A DNA stretch of 64,000 nucleotides from Candidatus Spongiisociaceae bacterium (GCA_965202665.1 OZ241841.1:2240001-2304000); one strand, 5' to 3'; positions 26,501 to 36,879 are shown, counted from the stretch's first letter. Numbers and translations: made by a program. Notes: generated by a model from the sequence alone, not told the origin.

Positions 26501-27637
26501 ATGCGCAATCAGATAACCGAAATGTTCGGGATCGACGTTCCTATTTTCGCTTTCAGCCATTGCCGGGATGTGGTGGTGGCGGTCACCAAAGCGGGCGGGA
26601 TGGGGGTGCTGGGGGCGGCCGGTCACAGCGGCGAAGAACTGGAAACCGACCTGCGCTGGATAGAGGAGCAACTGGACGGGGCGCCCTACGGGGTGGATGT
26701 GATCGTGCCCGCCTCCTACGCCGGGGCTGACCGGGGCGGTTACACGGTGGGGGAGGTACAGGAACTCATTCCCGATGAGCACCGTCTTTTCGTGGACGAC
26801 CTGCTGGAACGGTACCAAGTGCCGGAACTGGCCGACGAGGCCCGGGGCCTGTTTGATTTGTCCCCCGACGCCCCCGCCCCGTTGTCGGCCGGCCAGGTCG
26901 GTCCGCAACTGGACATCGCCCTGGCCCGCAATCCGGTCCTGCTGGTCAACGCCCTGGGGTCGCCGCCGCCGTTCATGATCGAGAAGGCGGGGGAGGCCGG
27001 GCGGCGGGTGGGGGCGTTGGCCGGTCTGCCGCAACACGCCGAACGGCATCGCAACGCCGGGGTGGAGGTGATAATCGCCCAAGGTTCGGAGGCGGGCGGG
27101 CACACCGGGGAGGTGGGGACTATGGTGCTGACCCCGCAAGTGGTGGAGGCGGCGGCCCCCGTTCCGGTGCTGGCCGCCGGGGGGATCGGGCGGGGCAGCC
27201 AGATGGCGGCGGCCATGGCCTTGGGGGCGCAGGGAGTGTGGTGCGGCTCGGTGTGGCTGACCACCCACGAGGCGGAAACCCATCCGGCGGTGAAAAACAA
27301 ATTCTTGGAGGCGTCTTCTTCCGACACCGTTCGTTCCGCTTCCCGCACCGGCAAGCCCGCCCGGCAACTGCGCACCGCTTGGACGGAGGAGTGGGAGCGG
27401 CCCGACGCCCCCGAACCGCTGGGGATGCCCATGCAGCCGGTGCTGGTGGACGAGGCGCTGCTGCGCATCGAACGGGCCGCCCACCGGGAAGGTTCGGGGG
27501 CGGAACGTTTGATTAATTATTACGTGGGGCAGGTGGTGGGGTCGCTGAACGAGTCCAAACCGGCCGCGCAAGTGGTGTATGAGATGGTGGAGGAGTACAT
27601 AGAGAGCGCCCGCCGAATGTCGTCCCTGCTGGAATAG
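26501..27637 (+). CDS. Nitronate monooxygenase / FabK-like flavin oxidoreductase
   Basis: PIFAFSHCRDVV, AQGSEAGGHTG, AAGGIGRG, VWCGSVWL. Confidence 0.92.
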   Translation: MRNQITEMFGIDVPIFAFSHCRDVVVAVTKAGGMGVLGAAGHSGEELETDLRWIEEQLDGAPYGVDVIVPASYAGADRGGYTVGEVQELIPDEHRLFVDDLLERYQVPELADEARGLFDLSPDAPAPLSAGQVGPQLDIALARNPVLLVNALGSPPPFMIEKAGEAGRRVGALAGLPQHAERHRNAGVEVIIAQGSEAGGHTGEVGTMVLTPQVVEAAAPVPVLAAGGIGRGSQMAAAMALGAQGVWCGSVWLTTHEAETHPAVKNKFLEASSSDTVRSASRTGKPARQLRTAWTEEWERPDAPEPLGMPMQPVLVDEALLRIERAAHREGSGAERLINYYVGQVVGSLNESKPAAQVVYEMVEEYIESARRMSSLLE

Positions 27638-27660
27638 CCCCGCCGCTGGAGCCCCGGCGG

Positions 27661-28060
27661 TCAGTCCCCTTCGTCCGGGTTTTCCCCTCCGGGCTGGTCG
27701 GCGTGGCAGCCCTGCATCAACCCGAAAATGTTGCCGCCCGGTTCCCGGATTTGGATCCAACGGCCCACGCCGGTTATGTCTATGATTTCGGTAACCGCCC
27801 CGCCCCCCGCCTGCTCGGCGGCCGCTATCGCCTCTTCCAGGTTGTCGACGGCGATGGTGTTCAAAGTGTGCGGTCCCCGGTCTTCGGGGGCGGGGGCCAC
27901 CGCCCCGTCGATGCCGGGGCCGTCGGGGCCGGTGAAAGCCGGCCAGTAAGGGTTGTCGTCCCACTGCTGGAAGTTCCACCCGAAGGCGCGGGTGAAAAAT
28001 TCCACCGAAGCGGCCGGGTCGGCGGAGTAGAACTTCAAAATGAACCGGTCGGTTGGGCAT
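27661..28060 (-). pseudogene. VOC/glyoxalase family gene with a 1-nt frameshift
   Basis: AGGAGG RBS + MPNRPVHFEV, then one extra base; continues YSADPAASVEFFTRAFGW...EPGGNIFGLMQ in another frame. Confidence 0.8.
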
Positions 28061-28093
28061 GTTCCCCTCCTATCCGGCTCGATGGCGGTTAGT

Positions 28094-28950
28094 TGTACTT
28101 GGCCAGGACGTTGGTGACGGTTTGGTTGTTGCATAGGTGAAGACCTCCTGGTGTTATGGGGAGTTAAAACGCACCCTATAGCACGGGAGGAGGTCTTCAG
28201 GGATGCATGGTAACGCGAGGTCGTCGCCTTTGGGACGTTTGGGGATGGTGTTGCGGGTAATAGGAGAAGTGGAACCGGTAGCGCGGGTGGCTCGGCGGTG
28301 TGGGCCTGTCCCGGCAGTGCGTGTCCAAGTGGGTGCGCCGTTACCGGGAGGAAGGCGAGGCCCGGTTTGGAGGATCGGTCGCCTCGGCCGCGTTGTTCCC
28401 CTATGCGTACCAGCCCGGAGGTGGAAGAGCTAACTTCGTCCATACCGCCCGGCGGGGGATGGAAGGTACACGGCCGGGGCAACGCCCCCGCCGGGGGAGC
28501 GGGATGGACCTTTGTGCACTCCATAGTGGACGACTACACCCGCCTCGCCTACTCCGAGCCGTTACCGGACGAGAAAGGAACCACCGTCGCCGCGTTCACC
28601 GCCCGCGCCCTCGCCGCCTTCCGCCAAAAAGGCATCACCCACATTACCGAGATCATGACCGACAACCATTGGAGCTACACCCGCAGCCGCCTATTCGCCG
28701 CCCTGCTCGCCCAACACGACATCCGTCATATCACGATCAAACCCTATCATCCCCAGCAGAACGGCAAAGTAGAACGATACAACCAAACCCTCAAACGAGA
28801 ATGGGCCAACTCCCAACCCTGGCCCGACAACCAAGCCCGAAACCAAGCCCTCCACCACTGGCTCCACTACTACCACAACCACCGGCCCCACTACAGCCTC
28901 GGAGGCAAACCACCAACCTCCAGACTGTAACCAACCTATTGCCATGCACA
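28094..28950 (+). mobile_element. IS481-family element with a frameshifted, internally deleted transposase; 6-bp TSD GTTAGT
   Basis: TGT...ACA ends; VDDYTRLAYSE, MTDN, PQQNGKVERYNQTL, RPHYSLGGKPP; GTTAGT at 28088-28093 and 28951-28956. Confidence 0.95.
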
Positions 28951-28982
28951 GTTAGTTGGACGGTTTTCGGCTTCCGGGCCGG

Positions 28983-29678
28983 TCAAGCCGGGGGACGGGC
29001 CAGGCGGGTCAGCGACATCCCGTCCCCCAGCGGGACCAGGACGGTTTCGGTACGGGGGTCGTCCTGCAAACTCCGGGCGAATTCGGTCATAGCCGTAGCA
29101 TCCGGGCCCGGTTCGGGTTTCACCACTTCGCCGTTCATGAAAATATTGTCGGCGACTATCACCCCATGCGGGGCCAGCCGGGCCGCCAAGGTCCGGTAGT
29201 AGTCCGGGTAGCCGCTTTTGTCGGCGTCTATGAAAGCCAAGTCGATGGGTCGTCCGTCCGCCCCGCCCAAGGCGGCTGTCTCCTCCCAGTCGTCCATGGA
29301 GGACAGGGAGGCGGCGGCCGGGCCGATGCGCAACGTGATCCGGTCGGCCACTCCCGCCCGCTCCCAGAAACGGCGGGCCACCGCGGTGTATTCCTCGCTG
29401 ATATCCAAACACACGATGCGGCCGCCGGGGGGCAGGGCCCGGGCCATGGCCAGGCTGGACAGGCCGGTGAAAGTCCCGATTTCCACCACCAGCCGGGCTT
29501 GCAGCAGACCGACCATGAAACCCAGGAAAGCCGCCTGGTCCATCCCCGCCTGCATGCGGGCTACGTCGCCCATCGCCTCGGTTTCGGCCACCAGTTCGGC
29601 GGCCAGGTCGTCGGGCGGGGGGTTGTGGGCCAGCAGGTATTGGTAGATGGCCGGGTCCAGGTGCGGGTTGTGGTTCAC
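28983..29678 (-). CDS. Class I SAM-dependent O-methyltransferase (CCoAOMT/COMT-like)
   Basis: VEIGTFTGLSSL, DLAFIDADK, ADNI, PLGDGM. Confidence 0.93.
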   Translation of the reverse strand: MNHNPHLDPAIYQYLLAHNPPPDDLAAELVAETEAMGDVARMQAGMDQAAFLGFMVGLLQARLVVEIGTFTGLSSLAMARALPPGGRIVCLDISEEYTAVARRFWERAGVADRITLRIGPAAASLSSMDDWEETAALGGADGRPIDLAFIDADKSGYPDYYRTLAARLAPHGVIVADNIFMNGEVVKPEPGPDATAMTEFARSLQDDPRTETVLVPLGDGMSLTRLARPPA

Positions 29679-29704
29679 AGCCCCCCAGATTACCCGCCGC
29701 CGGT

Positions 29705-30952
29705 ATGCCCAATGGGGCGGTACCATTCACGGCAGTGCCTACCTGCGACATCGCCGTTATCGGAGCCGGCCCGGCCGGGGCGGCCCTGGCCATCGCCGCC
29801 GCCCGGCGGGGGGCGGATGTGGCCGTGTTCGAACGGGCCGGTTACGGGCGGGACAAGGCGTGCGGGGACGGGCTCACCCCCCGGGCGGTGGGGGCCTTGC
29901 GCCAACTGGGCATAAGCATGGACGGCTCCCATCCCATCCGGGGGTTGCGGATGATCGCCGGGCGCACCGAACGTATGCTGCCTTGGCCGGAAACGGCCCG
30001 TTTCCCGGCGCAGGGGGCGGTGTGGCCCCGCCGCCGCTTGGACGCCGCCCTGGTCGACGCCGCCGCCGCGGCGGGGGCGCGCATTTTTTGGAACTCGGAG
30101 GCCCTGCCGGTGATGGACGGGGGGCGGGTGACCGGGGTGCGGGCCGCGGGGGGAGAATGGCGGGCCGGGTTGGTGGCGTTGGCCGCCGGCGCTCCGGGCA
30201 AGGCGGCCCGCATGCTGGGGGCGGTGCGGGTGGAATCCGAACCTTACGGGGTGGCCATCCGCAGCTATGTGGAATCCCCACGGCACGATGAGCGCTATCT
30301 GGAGGCCTGTCTGACGATGAGCGACGCGGCGGGCAATTCGGTGCCCGGCTACGGATGGCTGTTCCCGGCGGGGGACGGGGCCGTCAACATCGGGGCGGGG
30401 GCGCTGTCCACTATGCGCCGTTTCAAAAGCCTCAATTTGAACAAACTGCTGGACTTGTATCACGGCTCGGTGCGGGAACGGTGGGGGGCGGGGGAGTTTT
30501 TGGAGAAGCCGCGGGCGTGGCGGTTGCCGATGAGCGCCGGGCGGCGGCACGGGCCGGGATGGGTGGCGGTGGGGGATGCGGCCGGTCTCATCAACCCGAT
30601 GAACGGGGAAGGCATCGACTACGGGCTGGAGTCGGGGATGATGGCCGCCGACTTTTTCCTGTCCGACCCGTCCACGGCGGCGGACCGTTACCACGCGGCG
30701 CTGGGGGAAAAATTCGACGGTTTCCTGCGCACCGGGCGGCGGTTCTCATTCCTGATCGGCCATCCGCGGATTTTGCGGGCCGGCCTGCGGTTGGCGGTGG
30801 GCACGCAAACCATCGCCGACATCACCTTGCGGGTGATGGGAAACCTGGTCGATTCGGAGACGCCGGGGACGGCCGGCCGGGTGCTGTCCGCCGCCGACCG
30901 GGTGCTGGCCGCGGCCGACCCGCTGTTGCGCCGCACCCGCGCCCGCCGTTAG
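29705..30952 (+). CDS. Geranylgeranyl reductase family flavoprotein (MenJ-like)
   Basis: IGAGPAG, RDKACGDGLTPRAV, GYGWLFP, VGDAAGLINPMNGEGIDY. Confidence 0.9.
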   Translation: MPNGAVPFTAVPTCDIAVIGAGPAGAALAIAAARRGADVAVFERAGYGRDKACGDGLTPRAVGALRQLGISMDGSHPIRGLRMIAGRTERMLPWPETARFPAQGAVWPRRRLDAALVDAAAAAGARIFWNSEALPVMDGGRVTGVRAAGGEWRAGLVALAAGAPGKAARMLGAVRVESEPYGVAIRSYVESPRHDERYLEACLTMSDAAGNSVPGYGWLFPAGDGAVNIGAGALSTMRRFKSLNLNKLLDLYHGSVRERWGAGEFLEKPRAWRLPMSAGRRHGPGWVAVGDAAGLINPMNGEGIDYGLESGMMAADFFLSDPSTAADRYHAALGEKFDGFLRTGRRFSFLIGHPRILRAGLRLAVGTQTIADITLRVMGNLVDSETPGTAGRVLSAADRVLAAADPLLRRTRARR

Positions 30953-30984
30953 ATGTAGCTGAAATCGCCAAATTCTGGATTTAC

Positions 30985-31012
30985 TTGACAAATTGGGGGG
31001 GGGGGTTAGCGT
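30985..31012 (+). promoter_or_regulatory. Sigma70-type promoter TTGACA-16-TAGCGT with a G11 tract in the spacer
   Basis: TTGACA aatt G11 t TAGCGT upstream of the GAAGGAGG RBS of the large SLH gene. Confidence 0.7.
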
Positions 31013-31099
31013 TTTTGCCTGTTGGGCTTTACGGCGTGTGAGGTTGCCCGCCTGATGGCCTGCGTGGTTAAAGAAAAATCCTGAGGAAGGAGGATGTAA

Positions 31100-34000
31100 A
31101 TGTCGGTTCGCGTGTCGGGGAAGGTTTGGCTTGTAGGATTGTTGGTGTTGGGTTTGACGGCGGGTTTGTTGGGTGCGGCTCCGCCGGGTGCGGTGGGGAC
31201 GCATGGGGATGATGCGGATGTGGATTATGAGCCATCGTATTCAGCCTGCGTGGGGGCGGCGACGGAGTCTTTCGGGTTTGAGGACACGGAAGGATCCTTC
31301 GCGGAGGAGGCCATAAATTGTTTGGCGCATTATGGGATCACGACGGGACGGTCGGCGACCATGTTTGCTCCCAATGATTCGGTGTTGCGGTGGCAGATGG
31401 CCCTGTTTTTGGCGAGGGCGGCCGCGGCGGCGGGGATCATGTTGGCGAACCCGGCCGCTGATCAGGGGTTTACGGATGTTGGGGCGGTGTCGGGGGAGGC
31501 CCGTAACGCCATCAACGGTTTGGCGGCGGCGGGAATAATGCCCGGTGTGTCGCAGACCACTTTCTCGCCGAATGCGTCGGTGACGCGCGGTTCCATGGCC
31601 ATGTTGCTGGACGCGTTTTTGGCGGCGGCGACGCCGGGGGCGGGGGCGTTTGGGGGGGAAATTGAGAAGTATTCGGATATAGAAGTGGATAATTACAATG
31701 TTTTCAACGATATCGATGGGGTGTCGTTGAATATTTATAATGCGATTTATCGGATTTATGAGGTGGGGGTGACGCAGGGGGTGGGTGATCATCAGTTCGG
31801 TCCGGGTCGTAACGTGACAAGGGCGCAGATGGCGGCCTTCATCACTCGGGCGTTTGCGCATACGGTGGCTCGTCCGGCGGGGGTGTCGATTCAGGCGGAG
31901 AAGGATTCGGTACTAGGCGAGTCGTCGGTGCAACTTATCGTGTCGGTGCGGGATGCGATGTTTCAGCCGGTGGTGGATGCGTCGGTGGATGTGTTCCGTT
32001 CCACCGACCCCGACAACGCTTTGAAAGACGACGGCACATGCGACACAGCCAGTGTTGGTCAGGTGGCTGGTATCGGCCGGGCGGCGTGTGAGGTGGATAC
32101 GGGGGATGAGACGACTGACGCGGCGGGGGATATCACATCCTTGCAGTTGCAGGTGTCGGATGCTGATGTGACGGTGTGGGCGTGGACCGGGGACCGGGCT
32201 GACAAGTTTGATTCCGATGACATCACCGCCGCCCAGCTGACCGTCGGTTTCTCCAAGGCGGCCAGCCAGTTGTTGGTTACTGACAATTTGGAGGAGGGGC
32301 AGACTCATTTGCAGTTTGGGGAGACGGCTACGTTGACGGTGCAGGTGGCTAATGAGGATGATGAGCCGGTGGCGGAGAAGGGGGTGCGGGTGAAGGTCGC
32401 CCAGGTTACTACTCCGGATGTGAGCAAGGCGACGGAGACCAACTCGTCCACCAACACCTATACCACGGACGCTACCGGCAAGTTTCAGTTGTCGTTCACC
32501 CAGACCGATCCCAGTTCCGGCGATGATGAGGACGCAACGGTGGTGGTCACTTTGAGTGAACCGTCCTCCTATTCCCTCCAGGATGAAGACGGCGAGGCAT
32601 TCACTGCCAAGACTTTCACCTGGTCGGACGAGGCGGGGATTCCCGCCAAGTTGGTGTTGGAAACCCGGCAGAAGTACGCCGAAGCGTCCGATGAGGGCCG
32701 GGGGGCGACGGCGGCGGTTACCGCCACTTTGACCGACCAGTTCGGCAACCCGCTGCGGGGCCAACGAATCCACTTCTGGTCGGATAATCCAGAGGGAGTG
32801 GGCGAGAAAGCAGAGGATTCCCTGCTGGACCAGGTGCGGGCCAGCCTCGCCACGATTGAACCTCGGGGAGCTTCTGAAAGCGGAAATGATTTCGCGGCGC
32901 GCGTTCGAGCATTCAACCGCCGCGTATGGTCCTTCTCCTACTCGGTGATCGATGATTTGCGGGGCGAGGCGCGGTTTTTCCGTACCACCAACCGGGCGGG
33001 ACAGGCCACTTTGTCTTACAACCGGGATGCGGCCACGGCGGTGGTGGAGACCGTGCGGGCCCGGTTGGTGCGGGGTGAGGATGACGCCCAACGAGTGGAC
33101 GATGACACGGAGGATTTGCTGAGCGAGCGGGTGGCGATCTACTGGATCAGCGAATTGGGCGAAGACGATTCGGCGGCGGGTCGGATTTTATTCAACGACG
33201 CCGACAATCGCCGGGTGGTGTTCGCCGACCGCGACGGTCGGGCGAGGATGATCGACTTTGACGCCAATGATCAGTTTAGTATCGGCGGGGCGCCGGTGCT
33301 TTTCTCCGATTTTGAGAAGTACCTGCGGGACACCGCGGGCCACATCACCGTGCTTTCCTATGCGGAAACTACGAGTGATGTGAGTTCGATCAACTTGGAG
33401 GCCGAGTGGCCGAAGGTGGACTTGTCCGATATTCCGGTCGCCGCACCTAGATGGTCCGAACTGAGTATTGGTCATATCCATTACGCCTCGGATGGGGGAA
33501 CCATCGTGGTCAGCTACTTCGCTCATAACAACTTTGCGGGAGCGGTATGGGTATACGACGGGGTGGACGACGCCGATCCGCAGATGCTGACCGCTCCTAC
33601 GCCGCAACCCTTTTCCGGGCCCGCCAACGGCAGGCCGTGGAGGGATGACGAGTTGCAGAAGGGGACTACCGGCGGATGGTTCGGTTTTGCGGTGGACATT
33701 CGCGGGGGCACTTTGGCGGTGGGCGAACCGGGCCGGCTTGACACCCGCACCGGCCACACCGACAAACCCAATGGCGCGGTTCATATTTTCACCAAAGGGA
33801 GCAACGGCTCGTGGGCCCATGACGCCACTTTGACTACGACCAACACCAGCAGCGGGTTGACCGCTTGGCCGGCGGACCGGGGCATGTTGCTGGGCCGGGC
33901 GGTGGCCGTTTCCAAAAACGAGACGGTGGTGGCGGCTTCCGCCCCGAGGTTCCACGGCGCCGCCCATCGCATTTCCGGGGTGTACCTGTTTACCCGGCCC

Positions 34001-34840
34001 GACCAGGCCGGCCGCGCCGCGGGCGACAAATGGGCTGACCAGGACGGTTCCGCTTCCCCCCGGCTGCAGTTGTCCCCTACCGTGTCCAACGCCAATCAGA
34101 ACCGATGGGCCAGGGTGGCCTATGACCGAAATTTGGCGATCTCGGAGGACGGAACCACCGTGGTGGTGGGCGGCGCGGAAGGCAGTTTCGGCAGGGTGGT
34201 AAACGGCATTAAGTACGACGATGCGGGAGCGGCCTTTGTGTTTACCAGGCCCGGCGCGGCGTGGAGCACCGCGGCCGATACCTACCAGGACGCCATGTTC
34301 TACTCACCGGCTCCTTTCACGGCGGAGAAGCTGGGGAGGTCGGTGGCGGTGTCCGCCAACGGGGACACCATCGTGGTCGGGGATAACTACCGGCCCAACC
34401 TCTTGCGGCGCGGCAAGGTGCTGGTGTACGCGCGCCCCGACCAGGCCGGCCGGTCCGCCGGCGACCAGTGGGAGGACGAACCGGAGCCGACCGCCGTCTT
34501 AGCGGGGCCGGATCACCCGGACGCCCCTGACAGTTGCCCGCCGGCCGGGGCGTTTAGGGTTTGCAACTTGGGGGATACGTTCGGGCAGTGGGTGGACATC
34601 ACCGATGACGGGATGACGATTTTGGCTTCCCGTTCTACCCGGGCGGAAGACTATCAGCGGGGTTCGATCCATGTGTTCGCCAAGCCCGCGTCCGGCTGGT
34701 CGTCGTCCGTGACCGGGGTTGAATATCAGGGGAGCGGGCCGGGATCGGAGTTCGGATGGCGCAACCATTTCGATCAGGCCAACGGCAACATCGTGGCGTT
34801 GGAGAGCGAGCCGGTAACCATCTACCAGATAAAGCGGTAG
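31100..34840 (+). CDS. Large surface protein: signal peptide, SLH repeats, Ig-like domains, FG-GAP-type beta-propeller
   Basis: RWQMALFL, VTRGSMA, VTRAQMAAF; LTDQFGNPL and TTDATGK Big-like motifs; FGFAVDI, LGRSVAVS, GAAFVF repeats. Confidence 0.85.
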   Translation: MSVRVSGKVWLVGLLVLGLTAGLLGAAPPGAVGTHGDDADVDYEPSYSACVGAATESFGFEDTEGSFAEEAINCLAHYGITTGRSATMFAPNDSVLRWQMALFLARAAAAAGIMLANPAADQGFTDVGAVSGEARNAINGLAAAGIMPGVSQTTFSPNASVTRGSMAMLLDAFLAAATPGAGAFGGEIEKYSDIEVDNYNVFNDIDGVSLNIYNAIYRIYEVGVTQGVGDHQFGPGRNVTRAQMAAFITRAFAHTVARPAGVSIQAEKDSVLGESSVQLIVSVRDAMFQPVVDASVDVFRSTDPDNALKDDGTCDTASVGQVAGIGRAACEVDTGDETTDAAGDITSLQLQVSDADVTVWAWTGDRADKFDSDDITAAQLTVGFSKAASQLLVTDNLEEGQTHLQFGETATLTVQVANEDDEPVAEKGVRVKVAQVTTPDVSKATETNSSTNTYTTDATGKFQLSFTQTDPSSGDDEDATVVVTLSEPSSYSLQDEDGEAFTAKTFTWSDEAGIPAKLVLETRQKYAEASDEGRGATAAVTATLTDQFGNPLRGQRIHFWSDNPEGVGEKAEDSLLDQVRASLATIEPRGASESGNDFAARVRAFNRRVWSFSYSVIDDLRGEARFFRTTNRAGQATLSYNRDAATAVVETVRARLVRGEDDAQRVDDDTEDLLSERVAIYWISELGEDDSAAGRILFNDADNRRVVFADRDGRARMIDFDANDQFSIGGAPVLFSDFEKYLRDTAGHITVLSYAETTSDVSSINLEAEWPKVDLSDIPVAAPRWSELSIGHIHYASDGGTIVVSYFAHNNFAGAVWVYDGVDDADPQMLTAPTPQPFSGPANGRPWRDDELQKGTTGGWFGFAVDIRGGTLAVGEPGRLDTRTGHTDKPNGAVHIFTKGSNGSWAHDATLTTTNTSSGLTAWPADRGMLLGRAVAVSKNETVVAASAPRFHGAAHRISGVYLFTRPDQAGRAAGDKWADQDGSASPRLQLSPTVSNANQNRWARVAYDRNLAISEDGTTVVVGGAEGSFGRVVNGIKYDDAGAAFVFTRPGAAWSTAADTYQDAMFYSPAPFTAEKLGRSVAVSANGDTIVVGDNYRPNLLRRGKVLVYARPDQAGRSAGDQWEDEPEPTAVLAGPDHPDAPDSCPPAGAFRVCNLGDTFGQWVDITDDGMTILASRSTRAEDYQRGSIHVFAKPASGWSSSVTGVEYQGSGPGSEFGWRNHFDQANGNIVALESEPVTIYQIKR

Positions 34841-34969
34841 GGGCGGCGATAGGGGCATAGAAGCGTTTCACTCAACCCGACCCTCGGATAGGGGCTCCCG
34901 CTACGGCGGGGGCCTCCGTCCGGTTTGGGCCATCCCGCCCCCGCGCCCCGCTGAGCCCCAGTTGATTGC

Positions 34970-35102
34970 TTTTCGCGACCTAGATTTGGTTTTCGCGTTC
35001 TGAAAATTGGGGGGACCCGCCCGCCCCCCGCCCACCCACCCATAACATACGGTGGTTTTGTTGAAAATTCAAGGGGGGCGATAGAGATATTTTTCGCGTT
35101 CC
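34970..35102. repeat. Third copy of the intergenic element seen at 7838-7970 and 9013-9120
   Basis: TTTTCGCGACCTA-N7-TTTTCGCGTTCTGAAAAT..GGGGACCCGCCCGCCCCCCGCCC..CCACCCATAAC conserved. Confidence 0.85.
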
Positions 35103-35231
35103 GGTTTCGGCTCACCGGTCAGCGGGCCCACTGAGAATTGTCAAAAGGCGCTGAATGCCGAGAAGATTATGCGTCCTTGACCGAAAGGAACTGATGACGG
35201 AAGGAAAATTGCCGAAAAGCCGCCGAATCGC

Positions 35232-35337
35232 CGGGAAGATAATGCCGGGTTCCATCTTCCGACAGCCAACACTGCGCTGGTGAACGGTGCTAGTTGGAGC
35301 GGCGGGAAGATAATGGCCGGGTTCCATCTTTCGACAG
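35232..35337. repeat. Two 34-35 bp hairpin-forming direct repeats separated by 37 bp
   Basis: CGGGAAGATAATG(G)CCGGGTTCCATCTTYCGACAG at 35232 and 35303. Confidence 0.85.
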
Positions 35338-35503
35338 GGCTTCCCCTGCCGGTTGGACTCTTTCGCTGCGGTGCGCCAATCGCAACCTGGCTCCGCTTCC
35401 GCCGCCGTCCATCCCCTTCGGTTCACCTGCCAAGTCGCCCAACTAACCCAACTAGCCGTCCGCGTAGTCAGGGTCGTTGGTTTCCGGTAGACTGCGGGAG
35501 AGC

Positions 35504-35577
<74 letters not shown>

Positions 35578-35597
35578 CCGCCGTCGCCGTTCCTTGG

Positions 35598-36248
35598 TCA
35601 AATGTCCCCCAATTGGGGAATCTGGTTCAGCCACGCCCCGCGGGGGTGGCGGCGGGCGGCTTCCAAATCGGCGGGGGAATCCATGTCCAGCAGAAACCCG
35701 AACCGGGCCAGCGCCAGGGGGGGAGGGCCGGCGCGCAGATGGCGGTGGAAACTGCCGGGGCCGTAGGCGAAGCGGCCGGGGCCGGTTCCGCCCAGGGCGG
35801 AAGTGCCGCCGTCGTAGGAGGGGGCCAGGACCCTTTTCCCTTCCCGCACCGCCCGGATCGCCTCGGCCGCTTCTTCCGCGGTCAGGCAGGGCAGGTCTGA
35901 ATGCAGGATCAGCCAGGGCCGTCCCCGCCGGGCGGCGAATTCGGCTACCGCCCGCGCCGCCCCGTTCAAACCGCCCTCCTCTGGCTCCGGAATGGCCCGC
36001 CGTCCGCCGTCCGCCGCCCACTGCAGCACCTCCGGGTCGGAGGAAACCACCAGCAACCGCCCGCCCGCCTCCTCCGCCGTCCGCGCGGTGCGGGAGGCCA
36101 TGGCCTCCGCCAGGGCGCGGCGGGCGGCCGGGTTCAGCCGTTGCGCCAGCCGTTGATTGGCCCCCCGCCAGGAGCGGATCGGCAATCCGACTACCGGGTC
36201 CGCCCCCCGTCGGTCAGTTGTCGGTGATGATCCGCCCGGCCAGCACAT
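35598..36248 (-). CDS. cofC: 2-phospho-L-lactate guanylyltransferase (F420 biosynthesis); start uncertain
   Basis: PIRS...QRLA, GGLNGAA, LHSDLP, DGGTSAL, FAYGPGSFHRH, LDMDSPADL. Confidence 0.85.
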   Translation of the reverse strand: MCWPGGSSPTTDRRGADPVVGLPIRSWRGANQRLAQRLNPAARRALAEAMASRTARTAEEAGGRLLVVSSDPEVLQWAADGGRRAIPEPEEGGLNGAARAVAEFAARRGRPWLILHSDLPCLTAEEAAEAIRAVREGKRVLAPSYDGGTSALGGTGPGRFAYGPGSFHRHLRAGPPPLALARFGFLLDMDSPADLEAARRHPRGAWLNQIPQLGDI

Positions 36249-36735
36249 CTTCCAAAGAGCCCTCCGGCAGTTGCAATTCGCCCCACTCCGCCAGCTGGAC
36301 GACGACGCCGTGGGCGGTGGCCGGATGCAGGAAACATTCGCTCCAACCGCCCGGCTCCCCGGCCAGCCGCAACCCGGTCACTTTCCGGTTCGCTTCCTCC
36401 GCCCGCCGGGCCGCTTCGGCCACCGACGACACCCGGAAAGTCAAATGGTGCACGCCTTCGCCCCGGCGGTTCAGGAAATCCCACAGGAAACAGTCCCCGG
36501 CCACCGGGGACAAAGCCTCTATTTTGGACTTTCCGGAACCCCCGGATTCGCCGAACAGAAACTGCACCCATCGGAAACCGCCCCGCGGGTTGTCGCCCCC
36601 GCGCAGGAACTCCCCGCCCAGCATTTGCAGGAAACCGGCCGCCGCCGCCAGGTCCCGCACCGCCAAGGCCACATGGTCGAAGCCCAGAATCAGATCGCCC
36701 AAAGCGGGCGGCAGGGAATCGTTCCGGTCGGTCAT
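36214..36735 (-). CDS. VOC family protein (methylmalonyl-CoA epimerase-like)
   Basis: FDHVALAVRDL, KIEALSP, GEGVHHLTFRV, FLHPATAHGVVVQLAE. Confidence 0.88.
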   Translation of the reverse strand: MTDRNDSLPPALGDLILGFDHVALAVRDLAAAAGFLQMLGGEFLRGGDNPRGGFRWVQFLFGESGGSGKSKIEALSPVAGDCFLWDFLNRRGEGVHHLTFRVSSVAEAARRAEEANRKVTGLRLAGEPGGWSECFLHPATAHGVVVQLAEWGELQLPEGSLEDVLAGRIITDN

Positions 36736-36879
36736 AGGGGGACAACGATACCGGCCGCGCCCGCCGATCGCCGCTTTGGGAATTTTCCAACCGGACGGGG
36801 CCGCGCCGCCCCCCGAAATTCGCCGTGAACCCCTTATATGCCGTGAAACGGGCTCCGGGGCGGCTACCGTTGGAAAATT

